A stretch of DNA of 63,928 nucleotides, filler included, from Octopus bimaculoides (taxonomy: Eukaryota): assembly GCF_001194135.2 (NCBI RefSeq). It is 8 parts of 6 records of this genome, joined end to end, with 100 filler letters (N's around TTAATTAATTAA, not from the genome) between each part and the next. Parts side by side here need not be neighbours in the genome. Positions count along the whole stretch, not along the records: positions 37,634 to 44,304 come from NC_068997.1; positions 44,405 to 50,767 come from NC_068983.1; positions 50,868 to 56,874 come from NC_068984.1; 5 more parts are not named here. The stretch is one strand, 5' to 3'. Position 1 is the stretch's first letter. Each line of letters opens with the position of its first letter. Position numbers and translations under genes: made by a program. The notes under the pieces were generated by a model. It saw only the letters and a program-made list of their open reading frames with translations, made no database searches and was not told where the DNA came from. Positions 41,026-53,578 of this stretch are shown here, piece after piece.

Positions 41026-41262
41026 TTGTGACTCTCCTTCTTTTATGTGTGTCTGCGTGATTGTTTGATGGTTGAAGTAGCTACATCTGCACCTGCTTTG
41101 GTTTTGGTGTGGTGCGCTATGATGTGGTGTGGTGTGGTGTGGTTGGCTTTATGAATGACAAGAGAAAATAAAAGAGAGAGAGAGAGAGAGAGAGGGGGCG
41201 GGGGCAGTGAGATAAATAAATAAAATAATATATTACAGGAAAATAAAATAAAAGCATGTTAC

Positions 41263-41348
41263 AAGTGTGGATCAAAATTATCCGGAAATTCTCAGAAGGC
41301 AATGATATTAATTGAGATATCATATCGAAAGCTGCTGGAGAGAATATA
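41263..41348 (-). CDS. Tentative 86-nt exon (IFSPAAFDMISQLISLPSENFRIILIHT)
   Basis: cgttatag acceptor, gtaaca donor, open in phase 2-1. Confidence 0.25.
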
Positions 41349-41719
41349 CTATAACGCGTATTGCATGGGAAAAATTGTATGCGTGTGGTGGTGGTGGTGC
41401 TGGTAGGNNNNNNNNNNNNNNNNNNNNNNNNNNNNNNNNNNNNNNNNNNNNNNNNNNNNNNNNNNNNNNNNNNNNNNNNNNNNNNNNNNNNNNNNNNNNN
41501 NNNNNNNNNNNNNNNNNNNNNNNNNNNNNNNNNNNNNNNNNNNNNNNNNNNNNNNNNNNNNNNNNNNNNNNNNNNNNNNNNNNNNNNNNNNNNNNNNNNN
41601 NNNNNNNNNNNNNNNNNNNNNNNNNNNNNNNNNNNNNNNNNNNNNNNNNNNNNNNNNNNNNNNNNNNNNNNNNNNNNNNNNNNNNNNNNNNNNNNNNNNN
41701 NNNNGGTGGTTATCTACTC

Positions 41720-42480
41720 CTTAAACAGAGTTTGACCACCTCCTGCACCTAGACCTTAGCCCTTTCATGGCGTCTAATGTGGCTTTTTAAACCAGACAGT
41801 GTTTTGAAAAAACACCCACACAGATTGCACCTCTGATTTGCACTACCAATACCTGCAAGTAAGTTCTGCTCATTGTGGATCCTAACATGTCTTTTAAGAC
41901 CCCCATTGGATTTGCAAACCCTCTGGCACACACCACATTCAAACGTGTGCACAGACATATAATCAGCATAGCTGGATGAGGTTTGTTTTCCATGGGTTCG
42001 CAGGTGAGATTTATATATATATATATGGCGACAATGTCATTTTGCATAGCGAGGAAGTACCTTAATTTGTTTATCAAGGTACTTCTTCCTTGTCTTCCAC
42101 AGAAATAAAACAATCTACTTTTTCGGTTGGGTTTTGGGGCTCCAAGAACTTCACTGTCTCTTGTTTACTAGATGTTTCGTTGCAATCACCTGTTCTTGAA
42201 GATTGCAAATTTGCGATATGACGCAGCGATCTTGCATTCAAGAGAGGCTACACTCGACCATACTATTATTGTCTTGTTCAAGTCTTCAAGAAGCACAGCC
42301 AGGAATGGTCTTTTCTTTTTTTTTCTTTTTTTTTTCTCGTATGCTGATCGTCTCCAGGTCTTCTTTAAGGTACATTATCCGACTGGTTTCTGGTTGTATA
42401 TGAAGTCTTCATATGGAGATTGCTTCCTGTAGAGCTTACTGCCGTTCTCTTCCATTTTCAGCACTAAGGTTTTGTACTTG
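41720..42480 (-). mobile_element. Decayed RTE-like LINE 3' end with C2H2 zinc fingers
   Basis: LVLKMEEN..RKQSPY...QKPVG (RTE post-RT like), then SHLRTH, CGVC-x12-HVRIH and CNLC-x12-HIRRH. Confidence 0.65.
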
Positions 42481-42733
42481 CTTTGCTGCTGTTGTGTAAC
42501 AGGTGCGTCTGTGTATGTCCTGGTTATCGTTTACATTTCTCTTTGCCTGGTTTTTCATTGCTTTCCTACCACTCCCCTTCCCCCCTGTCTCTTTCTCTGA
42601 AGCGAACATTAATGCATTCTTGTCGTTTCCACTTTCTAAATCTATGAAAGGTATCACACACGCACACGCGCGCACACGCACACACACACACACAAGCATA
42701 CAGACAGGTAGTAACGTGAACGTATATATATAC

Positions 42734-42779
<46 letters not shown>

Positions 42780-44149
42780 NNNNNNNNNNNNNNNNNNNNN
42801 NNNNNNNNNNNNNNNNNNNNNNNNNNNNNNNNNNNNNNNNNNNNNNNNNNNNNNNNNNNNNNNNNNNNNNNNNNNNNNNNNNNNNNNNNNNNNNNNNNNN
42901 NNNNNNNNNNNNNNNNNNNNNNNNNNNNNNNNNNNNNNNNNNNNNNNNNNNNNNNNNNNNNNNNNNNNNNNNNNNNNNNNNNNNNNNNNNNNNNNNNNNN
43001 NNNNNNNNNNNNNNNNNNNNNNNNNNNNNNNNNNNNNNNNNNNNNNNNNNNNNNNNNNNNNNNNNNNNNNNNNNNNNNNNNNNNNNNNNNNNNNNNNNNN
43101 NNNNNNNNNNNNNNNNNNNNNNNNNNNNNNNNNNNNNNNNNNNNNNNNNNNNNNNNNNNNNNNNNNNNNNNNNNNNNNNNNNNNNNNNNNNNNNNNNNNN
43201 NNNNNNNNNNNNNNNNNNNNNNNNNNNNNNNNNNNNNNNNNNNNNNNNNNNNNNNNNNNNNNNNNNNNNNNNNNNNNNNNNNNNNNNNNNNNNNNNNNNN
43301 NNNNNNNNNNNNNNNNNNNNNNNNNNNNNNNNNNNNNNNNNNNNNNNNNNNNNNNNNNNNNNNNNNNNNNNNNNNNNNGTACATAAACATACGTATATAC
43401 ATTATAACAGGCGCCTAATCACAACAAACACTCAGGTATTGGTATTGTTTTCCTTTCTTCATTTTCCTTTCACACTGAACACTAAGTAAACATTTATCAA
43501 ATCTCGCCACATTTCACACGAATGAATCAAATTTAATTCTAATATTTCAAACTCAAACTTGATTGACGCAATCCGATTAGAAGTGACAACCTTTCTACTG
43601 CATATTGAAATAGTCTGGTTAGTTAATGCCATTCACGTTTATTGTTGATTGCTGGTGTTGCATTGCAGATCTAGGTGGTTGTAGCTTACCTGTACTTAGC
43701 TGTGTGTTTATTTAAATCAACGAGTGGCAGACCTAGTGCGGTGCCCTGCTTAACGTCTTGCGGTATTTACTTAGATTCTTGCGTGATAGATTGCATCCGT
43801 CACCCGGTTTCACAATGTCACATGGTCCTTCGATGCTTTTAGTGGTGTTAATTCTATTTCAAGCATCAGTCTTCGTAAACGCCCTTCCCTTTTCTTCAAA
43901 AAGTGGGGTCTTCGAAAAGAAGTGTCATGAGCACTATGTTTTCTCTCTGATGACAAGACATATGGCGACAGTGTAACAGACTGTTGTGTCATTTGGGAGT
44001 TGGTAGCGAGAATATTACCCACACAATTCATATATGTTTTATGTGTGTGCATGTATAAACAAGCATACATACATACGTACATGCAACTACACATACATAA
44101 TTGCATACATACATACATACATACGTACATACATTCATACATACATACA

Positions 44150-44304
44150 AAAGATCAGAATCCTAGAAGACGACTTCCGTCCTGGAAGATCTGCTGATCT
44201 CGACGAGGTCGTCCTGCAAACAATGGTGGAACAACATCCCATCGTAACTATTACGGAACTAGCAGAAAAGCTTCGATTTAGTCATTCAACCAGACATTCA
44301 AGTC
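44150..44304 (+). mobile_element. Mariner transposase N-terminal HTH fragment
   Basis: LEDDFRPGRSADLDEVVLQTMVEQHPIVTITELAEKLRFSHST. Confidence 0.85.
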
Positions 44305-44404
44305 NNNNNNNNNNNNNNNNNNNNNNNNNNNNNNNNNNNNNNNNNNNNTTAATTAATTAANNNNNNNNNNNNNNNNNNNNNNNNNNNNNNNNNNNNNNNN
44401 NNNN

Positions 44405-44473
<69 letters not shown>

Positions 44474-44700
44474 CGGCATAAGCTTCATAAACTCAGGAAC
44501 ATCATCAATGATAACGACTACTGCAGCTGAACAAAGTGAAAGCAAACCTGCACTTGTACAGATACAAAAATTCTAGTCAAGCACTAATTGAATTATTCAT
44601 ATATGGTTTGGGACGATCACAAATTTTCTCAACTTCTACATACTAAAGAATAATGATCAACCTGTTCCTAAAATATCTAATATTAAATGTAAACACTTAC

Positions 44701-44892
44701 AAAATCTGAGAGGTTTCTAGTTGCAACAGAATACATTGATAAAAGCACAGATTCTCCATTCAACTTCATTTCGTTTTCCAACTGTATCACATGCATGCTC
44801 TGAAAGGGTGCCATTCTATTTTGCCAATAATCTTTTCTTGCCAGCTCAACTTTGTTAGAAATTGAAAGGAAATCAATAATAGAGTGTAAGAG
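44701..44892 (-). CDS. 192-nt exon (LLHSIIDFLSISNKVELARKDYWQNRMAPFQSMHVIQLENEMKLNGESVLLSMYSVATRNLSDF)
   Basis: atttgcatag acceptor, perfect gtaagt donor, 64 open codons, phase 0-0 matching the upstream exon. Confidence 0.65.
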
Positions 44893-45634
44893 CTATGCAA
44901 ATATTAGCTCTAGGCTGGTTAACCGAGTCTGACCCTCGAGGTTAAATGTGTGGGAAAACTATTGTTCCACTGAATGTGAATACTATCACAGCTACATATT
45001 TAAAAATCATTACATAAAAACAAGCAATAAAATTCCTATTAGCTTCAACAATGAACACTAAAAGAAGACAAAGGAATAGAAAAGTAAGAGAGCTTGAAAC
45101 AAAAACATTATTTTAATGCCATTTTCAATATGTCTTTCTTATTATCATCATTGATATGAGAGGAATGAATAAAGCATTAAGCTAATTTCAGTAATAAACG
45201 AATATTCTGTTTCTTTTATTAATTTACTTGAGAATAGATAAAAAAAAACTTTGTTCTTCTGAACATGACACCTTGTGGTAATTTTATTTAAAGTTTGGTA
45301 TTATGCATGCACATTGACTCCTTAAAACTTGTGTAATGATATTTTAATAACATTAATGTATATAGTAGATGCTACATTTAGAGTAAGCTATGCATTTTCA
45401 TAGACTTTAAAAACTTGTTGAATGTTATTTTACAATCATTGCTAAATCCAGTAGCCTCAAGAGTTAGAGTAAGGTATCCTGGATTTTCATTGATTTATAA
45501 AACTTGTTTAAAAGCTTCATTGAACCCTGTGGCTACCTGACTCAGAGTATAGAATCATGCATTTTTATTGACTTCTTTTAATTTCTTTAATGCTATTATA
45601 ACTGATTTAATAAATTTAGTGGTTACTACAAATA

Positions 45635-45960
45635 TCCTTTGAAGGTGCGTAACTTAGTGGCTAGGGTATTCAGCTCAAGATCATTAGGTCATGAGTTCAA
45701 TTCCTGTTGATGTATTGTATCCTTGAGCAAGACAATTATTTCATGTTACTCTAGTCCACACAGTTAGCAAATGTGTGTAGTATCTGTATTTCAAAGGGCC
45801 AGCCTTGTCACACTCTATGTCATACTGAATCTCCCTGATAACTATATTAAGGGTGTACACATGCCTGTGGTGTGCTCAGCCACATGCACATTAATTTCAC
45901 AAGCAGGCTGTTCTGTTGACCGGATCAACTGGAACCCTTACTATCATGACCGATGGCATA
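45635..45960 (+). mobile_element. SINE family C inserted in a decayed minisatellite
   Basis: gtgcgtaacttagtggctaggg...gagttcaattcc...ccttgagcaagaca...ggatcaactggaaccc. Confidence 0.8.
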
Positions 45961-46500
45961 CCATTTTATAGATATCATGCATCATTGTTGACTCCTTAAA
46001 ATTTTTGATGTTTTGATAGCATTAATGAATCTAGTGGCTAGTAGACTTTTTAAAACTTGTTTTTAATTTTAGTGGATAGTTGCGCATGGACTACCATGTA
46101 CAGTGTCATGTCCTAATAAATTTTTTTTTTGTTACATATTTCTTTGTCACTATATTTAGTTAGTATGCAGTTAACTATAACTTTCTTCATGTACGAGTCT
46201 CCCTGGGTAATTTTCCACGCTATCCCAGTCGAAACGTCTGTGCACCCTTTCGTCTTTATAACTCTTTACAGTCCACTCTTCTGTCTTCTGTGTTTTATTC
46301 TGTGTACCATGCATGCAATTTTGGTTTTCATTGCTGTTTTCTGAACCTGACTTATTGCTGCTTTCTGTTCCATCTTTTTACCCTTTTTCAATGTGTTGCA
46401 GGGAACAGAAGCACTGTATACAAAAAGCCTTTTATTACTAAGTTTTTAATAGTTTAATAGATGTCAGAAAAAGTCTTATGAATCAGACTATAGTTGTTAC

Positions 46501-46570
46501 CATGTGCCATTCACAGAATAGTATTTTAACTAACTGGGCGCCATCTATTGATATAATACACACCACACAT
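46501..46570 (-). CDS. 70-nt exon (CVVCIISIDGAQLVKILFCEWHM)
   Basis: aattacag acceptor, gtaaca donor; the only open frame is phase 2-0. Confidence 0.5.
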
Positions 46571-46757
46571 CTGTAATTGATTGTGGTCCATTCTCTGACA
46601 AATCAGTAAATATAAAATATAACTTTATCATGAATTTGACATTTTACGTAATGAGATACCAAAGTCCTACACAAGCCAATCATGGAGCCCCAATTGGTTG
46701 TCTAATCTTCTAGAAATAGTAGTTAAATTTTCTTCAAGCCACATCATGCTAGCTTAC

Positions 46758-46802
46758 AAAAGAATACATTCTTCAGTTCGGCAAAAACAACGGAATACGT
46801 AT
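46758..46802 (-). CDS. 45-nt exon (YVFRCFCRTEECIL|L)
   Basis: ctcaaattag acceptor, gtaagc donor; phase 2-2 is compatible with the next exon. Confidence 0.4.
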
Positions 46803-47224
46803 CTAATTTGAGATAAGTACAGGGTCCAGTTTAACTGAATAATCTTTCAAGGCAGTGACCCAGCATGGCCTTACACCAATGATGGAAATCAGGAAAAGAA
46901 TAATAAAAAAATAAATAACAAACTTCTAAAAAGAGATAATGTCTCTTCTATGACTCTTTCAACCTACTAAAAATAACAGTTAAATCTCTTTCAAATCACA
47001 CCCTACCATCTTAAAATATGCAGGATTATTTTCAACAATCAATTTCTGCAGGTAAAGAAGACAGTTGGGATGTTTTGATCATAAAGGGCTTCTGTCAGTC
47101 AATACTGACCATGCATCTGCACATATATGTGCAGGCCTGGGCAAAATTATTAGAGAATGACCAGCAGTTTCTCATGCTTGCAAGTTTTTTTATCAGCATG
47201 CCATCACTATTTATCCAAGGAAAA

Positions 47225-49278
47225 AATTGCTGATAAGGGTCAGTACAGCTTGGCACCAGTGTTGTCATAGATATCAGTTTCAAATTTTGGCACAAGGCCA
47301 GCAGTTTTAGGGATGGGGCTAAGTTGATTACATCATCCTCAGTGCTCAATTGGTACTCATTTTATCAACCCTGAAAGGATGAAAGGCAAAGTCAACCTCA
47401 GTGGAATTTGAACACAGAACAAAAAGTCAGAAGAAATGCCACTACGCATTCTTTCCAGCATGGTAACGACTCTGCCAGTTCTCTGCTTTGGTATTGTCAG
47501 AGATATTGCTATCAGAATACAAAGAGATGGAACAGATGCCACAAAGAATCTTGTTTGATACTCTATCAGTTCTGCCAACTCACTACCAGTATTGGTTAAT
47601 TCTTTTAATACCCTGAAAGAATGAAACAAATTTGACCTCAGTGTGATATGAACTCAGAGTTTCATAAAGTCAGAATAAATACCTTGAAGCTTACCATACA
47701 ACTTTAACAACTTTGCCAGTTTGCTACCTGCCATTGTAGGGTCTGTTTAGTCAAAGTTGGCATGGAGTTAGACAGAACAACAACACTAACAACTTATAAA
47801 AAGAAGGAATTAACATCATCATTAACATGGGTAGGACGGAATTTGTTGCAGTAGACTTTCTACTGCCAGATTCCCTTCCTATCACCAACTCTCGACCATT
47901 TCCAAGTAAAGCAATATTTTCCCATGACCAGACATGTTTTCATGGAAGATTGGAAACAAAAGATTGCTTGTATAACGATGACACTTACTCACAACTGTAG
48001 CACAATGTCACAGCAAGGAGATGGTAACCCCCACCTCATGTATATATGCGAGTGTGTGTGTGTGTGTGTGTGTATACAATGAGCTTCTTTCAGTTTCCTT
48101 CTTCCAAATCCACACACAAGGCTTTGGTTATCATGGGGCTACAGTAGAGGACACTTGCCCAAGGCACCACACAGAGATACTGAATACAGAACCACGTGGT
48201 TGTGGAGTAAACTTCTTACCACACAGTTATACCCATGCTTATAGATAATAACATAAATAATTAACACCATGCTTGTTTCATGAATATTTCACCATAATAC
48301 AATAATACAATATGAATTCCAGGAAGCATCATGTTAAATTTCATTGCATAAAAAACTTTTAAGCACCAAGATAAACTTAACTGCTAATTCTCTGGACACT
48401 TCAAACAGGTCACTTATTCTGAGCAAATTTAATACCACAGAAACTTCCAGAATGCTTTATCATCAATACTTCTAATCATAAACATCATCATTATCATCAT
48501 CATCATCATCAGCAGCAGCAGTTTTAACATCTACTTTTCCATGCTTACATAAGTCAGACAGAATTTATTGAAGCAGATTTCCATTACAGGATGCTCTTCC
48601 TGTCACCTACCTTCAGCTATTTCCAACTAAGGTGATATTTTCTCCTGGTCCAGACACGTTTTCATAGGTGATTGCACATAAATACCATCATTTGTATGAT
48701 GGTGATATGTGACATCAGGATGAAGGCAGCAAGCTAGCAGAATCATTAGCATAAGGCGGTTAGCTGGCAGAAACGTTAGCACACAGGGCAAAATGCTTAG
48801 CGGTATTTTGTCTGCCGTAATGTTCTGAGTTCAAATTCCGCCAAGGTCGACTTTGCCTTTCATCCTTTCGGGGTCGATTAAATAAGTACCAGTTACAGAC
48901 TGGGGTCAATATAATTAACTTAATCCGTTTGTCTGTTCTTGTTTGTCCTCTCTGTGTGTAGCCCCTTGTGGGCAGTAAAGAAATAAGAATCGTTTGTATA
49001 CTGGGCCAAAATGTTTAGCAGCATTTTAACCAGCCTTATGTTCTGAATTCAAATTCTGGAAAGTTCGACTTTGCCTTTCATCATTTTGGGGTTGATAAAA
49101 TAGGTACCAGTTGAGTATTGGGGTCAATGTAATTGACTTGCCTCCTCCCCTAAAATCACTGGCCTTGTGCCAGAATTTGAAATCAATATGTGATGTCAAG
49201 ACAAGCGGGCAGAAATACACACACATATATGCACATACATACATGCTTACACAGACACACACATATACCTACATGCAC

Positions 49279-49311
<33 letters not shown>

Positions 49312-50300
49312 CAAGAGGTTTCTTTTCAGTTTCCACCTACCAAATTCATTCACTAGAATCTGCTAGGCCCTGTATTTTAGTGTGTCAGAAACAGACACTC
49401 ATCAAAAGTGCCATGCAGTGGGATTGAAATTGAAACCACATGGTTGGCAAGCAAACACGTTAATTATGCGACTATGCATGCTCCTATAACTTAATAAAAA
49501 AAAAATATTGAAATCTAGAAGATATTAAAGCTGATGGCATAATAGTTTCCTGAAATGTTTATTCATTGGTGTTATGCAACATTTCTATTTGAAGGAACAA
49601 CACACACACCAAAAAAAAAAAAAGCAGAAAATCCATTACATGAATACATTTGATCTGATCATGCAATATTATGTACAACAATGCAACATCTGCAAGCATA
49701 CTTTGCTTCTGTAGCAACAATGCAACAACTTGGAACATGTTCAGCAACAAGCCAACATACGTAATAACATACATCCAGCAACAATGCAACACCTACGACA
49801 ATAATATTACATTTCCAGTGCAGAATGCTATTAAATAAATGCAATAAGCTATTGACTGTTGCTGGGATGTAAAGAAATATGGCTATCTGGTTAAGAATTT
49901 TGGTTTACACATGTGAATGGATGAGGGTTCAGTTCCACTGCTTGACACTTTTGGCAAGTGTCCTCAGTGAAAGCCTCAGGTTGACCAATATTTTGAGAAT
50001 TGAAAATGAGTGACAGAAATTGTGGCAGAAATCCATTATCTGTGCATGTGCATACGCATGCATGTGTTTGTGTATTACATATATTCCATATATATATTAC
50101 ATATAATACACACACACAACATATTTGCATATGAATACATGCACACATACAGAGTAGGTGAGTGTGTGTATTACATATTCTTTTATTCTCTTACTTGTTT
50201 CAGTCATTGGACTGTGGCCATACTGGAGCACTGCTGTTAGTCAAGCAAATCGACTCCATGACATTTCCTTTGTAAGCCTAGCATTTATTCTTTCAACATT
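47225..50300. mobile_element. Dense cluster of SINE fragments (families A, B, D) in both orientations
   Basis: A at 47225-47480(-), 48755-48985(+), 48990-49190(+); B at 48050-48240(-), 49270-49470(-), 49881-50075(+); D at 47810-48020(-), 48480-48715(-). Boundaries approximate. Confidence 0.75.
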
Positions 50301-50518
50301 CATAAACGACTTGCTAAGACTGTGACAATTTGCTCCTCCTGGATATTAAAGGAGAACTTGTTTTTAGATCTGACCCCAAAGAGACCTTCTAGTATATCCA
50401 CGTATGTCTGTATGTTCATCTAATGACTGAGGTCTTTTGATCTCACCTCTTTCTCATATACAACAGTCTCTATATTGTGTTTTGCAGACATGTAGTGTTG
50501 CTTCTACATGAACATTCT

Positions 50519-50767
50519 GCCTCTGTTTCAAGTTTGGATCATCATCATCATCATCATCATCGTTTAACGTCCGCTTTCCATGCTAGCATGGGTTGGACGA
50601 TTTGACTGAGGACTGGTGAAACCGGATGGCAACACCAGGCTCCAATCTAATTTGGCAGAGTTTCTACAGCTGGATGCCCTTCCTAACGCCAACCACTCAG
50701 AGAGTGTAGTGGGTGCTTTTACGTGTCACCCGCACAAAAACGGCCACACTCGAAATGGTGTCTTTTA
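50519..50767 (-). mobile_element. SINE family D 3' part with (GAT)n tail
   Basis: Minus strand ggttggcgttaggaagggcatccagctgtag...cgttaaacgatgatgatg. Confidence 0.75.
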
Positions 50768-50867
50768 NNNNNNNNNNNNNNNNNNNNNNNNNNNNNNNNN
50801 NNNNNNNNNNNTTAATTAATTAANNNNNNNNNNNNNNNNNNNNNNNNNNNNNNNNNNNNNNNNNNNN

Positions 50868-51255
50868 TGTAAGACTACCCTTTTTGATATACTTACATTG
50901 TGATTTCTGCAATGTGGTGCATAAATTGTCAAGTAAATGAGACGCATCTTTGCCTCCACTGATTCACTTGCAAAGTGTTGAGTAAAATTATTTCGTTGCA
51001 GACCTCCTTTGGGTCTTTTTTATTATCACTGCGACACACATAGTCCCCAGTTGGTAACATTGATTTCAAGGCTCTCCTAGATGAGAGACTGGCTTTCCAC
51101 TTAATGTCTATGTTCCATGCTGGCATGGATTGGAGAGTTATTAATGTAGAAATATGGTATCGTAGCTACTAACAGTTGAGGGTTGCGTAGTCTAGACGGC
51201 GTTTTTAGATTTCATTATTCTCTTTAACCCGGGAAAAGCCGGGTATTTCTGCTTG
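50868..51255 (+). mobile_element. Helitron 3' terminal fragment
   Basis: GC hairpin cccgg-gaaaag-ccggg then CTTG|T; about 97% identical to the inverted copy at 63616-63928. Confidence 0.75.
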
Positions 51256-51875
51256 TATATATATAAACGCCTTTAATATATTCTTATGTATATATATTTA
51301 CGCATGTATATGTACACATCACATACATAAGGAAAGTGCCTGCGTGCGTGTATGCATGTGTGAGTCTGTGTGTTTCGTTGAACATTTATGAGACAATAAG
51401 ACACACCGTGTAAATATTTAATCATTTAGTAAATTGCAATATTCATTCATCGTAAAATTCGTCGTTTCAATGAAATGGTAAATTTTGATTTTCTTCCCAT
51501 TCGATTTCTTTCATTTTCGCTACTCGAGGCATAAACGGCGAAATGAATATTAGCAGACGATCGAGCAATAACATTGTATTCATATGCCATTTTTTATTTT
51601 GTTTTTTAATTTCAGATATCAATACGCTCAGACAAACACTTGTACACATCCACCAGCATACGCATTTTGGGAGTGAGACAACTATATAGATCTGCACAGG
51701 GCTAAACGCTTGTATTCAAAGGTAGTACAGAAACAAATAGTTGGCTATATAGATTGATTCATAGATAGACCGGAAGATAAGATAAATAAATCGATGAAGA
51801 TTGCTCGAGTAATACATATTTGATTCATTACAGAATCACATTCAAGCAATATTATGTATATATATATATACATAC

Positions 51876-51936
<61 letters not shown>

Positions 51937-52089
51937 NNNNNNNNNNNNNNNNNNNNNNNNNNNNNNNNNNNNNNNNNNNNNNNNNNNNNNNNNNNNNNNN
52001 NNNNNNNNNNNNNNNNNNNNNNNNNNNNNNNATTTGATTCATTACAGAATCACATTCAAGCAATATTATGTATATATATATATACATAC

Positions 52090-52146
<57 letters not shown>

Positions 52147-52210
52147 TGCATATACATATGTATAGACATGGATGTGCATATATACATGCATTTACATATA
52201 TATATATGTG

Positions 52211-52610
52211 TTAGGGTTAGGGTTAGGGTTAGCGTTAGGGCTGAAGTTAGGGTTAGGGTTAGGGTTAGGGTTAGGGTTAGGGTTAGGGTTAGGGTTAGGG
52301 TTAGAGTTAGGGTGAGGGTTAGGGTTAGGGTTATGGTTAGTGTTAGAGTTAAGGTTAGAGTTAGGGTTAGTGTTAGAGTTAGGATTAGGGTTAGGGTTAG
52401 GGTTACGGTTAGCGTTAGCGTTAGGGTTAAGGTTAGGGTTAGCGTTAGCGTTAGGTTTAGGGTTAGGGTTAGGGTAGGTGTTAGGGTTAGCGTTAGGATT
52501 AGGGTTAGGGTTAGGGTTAGCGTTAGCGTTAGATTTAGGGTTAGGGTTAGGGTAAGGTTAGGGTTAGGGTTCGGGTAAACGTTAGGGTTAGGGTTAGGGT
52601 TAGGGTTAGG
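52211..52610 (+). repeat. Interstitial telomeric array (TTAGGG)n with variants
   Basis: About 66 hexamers; variants TTAGCG, TTAGAG, TTAGTG, TTAGGA, TTACGG. Confidence 0.97.
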
Positions 52611-52948
52611 CAAATCCCATTCCTATCGTTACGTTTGATTGTTTCAAATTTCTTCATAGCTCCTTTGCATACTCTGATCCTTTCTTTATGTCTGTTACCC
52701 GAGAACTGCATGCGGTGAACGAAATGTTGTATATGTCTCTTTAATTCTGTAGGTTTGCACATGCAGGACACATTTCGCATTACTCTGGCGAGGTCTGCCA
52801 TCAATATATTGAATTTGGCATTGTCCGCAATAGCCGAATTCTGGTGGATCAGGTATTTGGAGGCCATAGGTTTTGTATAGTGTGAATGAAGGATTCGGAT
52901 TTTATTATTCTCAGTTTCTAACCAGAGTTCAGTATCTAATACAGGGAT
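52611..52948 (-). mobile_element. Inverted 5' segment of a Penelope-like element (RT thumb / linker)
   Basis: IPVLDTELWLE..KIRILHSHYTKPMASKYLIHQNSA..KFNILMADLARVMRNVS...RMQFSG...KRNDRNGIC. Confidence 0.85.
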
Positions 52949-53578
52949 TTGTCCACTCTATAGGAGCAAATCATGGAACACCATTGAAAGGATTAAGGAG
53001 AAAATAGGGAGGCCAACTCATGGTATGATAGCCACAAATACCAAAGCGTCATGTTCGTCGGCATCACCCCTAGAAGTGAACTGGCGTACCCCTTTAGAAG
53101 GGTCCTAGACAAACTTAAGCTAAGAATTAAAGTTGTTGAAAGGCCAGGCAACCCTATCAAATCCCTTATCGGTAGAACATACCCTTTTAGTAGAAGCCCC
53201 TGCACTGATAGGAACTGTACCGTATGTAGATTTAGCCCACAAACGAACTGTAAAACCAGAAATGTGGTCTATAATATAAGATGTAAAGAGGAACGATGCA
53301 GTAACAAAACAACGACATATGTAGGCGAAACAGCAAGGAGCATAGGGGAGCGGGCAAATGAACATTGCAGGGAACTTAAGGAAGGGAAGAGCTCATCAGT
53401 TCTGTACCAGCACGCTGAGCAAGAACATGGAGGCTCACTCAACAACATAGAAATTAAAATCTTATCCACACATAGCAGAGACGCAGCACTTAGACAAATT
53501 ACAGAAGCTACACACATAATAGAAGATAAACCTAGCCTGAATAGGAAACTAGAATGGAACACTAACACACACCCCTAA
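52942..53578 (+). mobile_element. Penelope-like element linker + GIY-YIG endonuclease (Naiad-like by motif recall)
   Basis: GICPLYRSKSW..(frameshift)..VMFVGITPRSELA..IKVVERPG..CTDRNCTVC..CKTRNVVYNIRC..C..YVGETARSIGERANEH..RQITEA..I..LN. Confidence 0.9.

Noticed and set aside
44470-44526. Exon with Walker-B-like VVVIIDD
   Set aside because: Weak GTGTGT donor within a microsatellite, and phase incompatible with the 44892-44701 exon.
51820-52140. Duplicated ttgattcattacagaatcacattcaagc... segment
   Set aside because: It flanks an N gap next to (TA)n; most likely an assembly overlap.
52611-53578. Selenocysteine recoding as in Naiad PLEs
   Set aside because: No in-frame TGA occurs in the retained coding pieces and no 3' UTR is available to look for a SECIS; untestable here.
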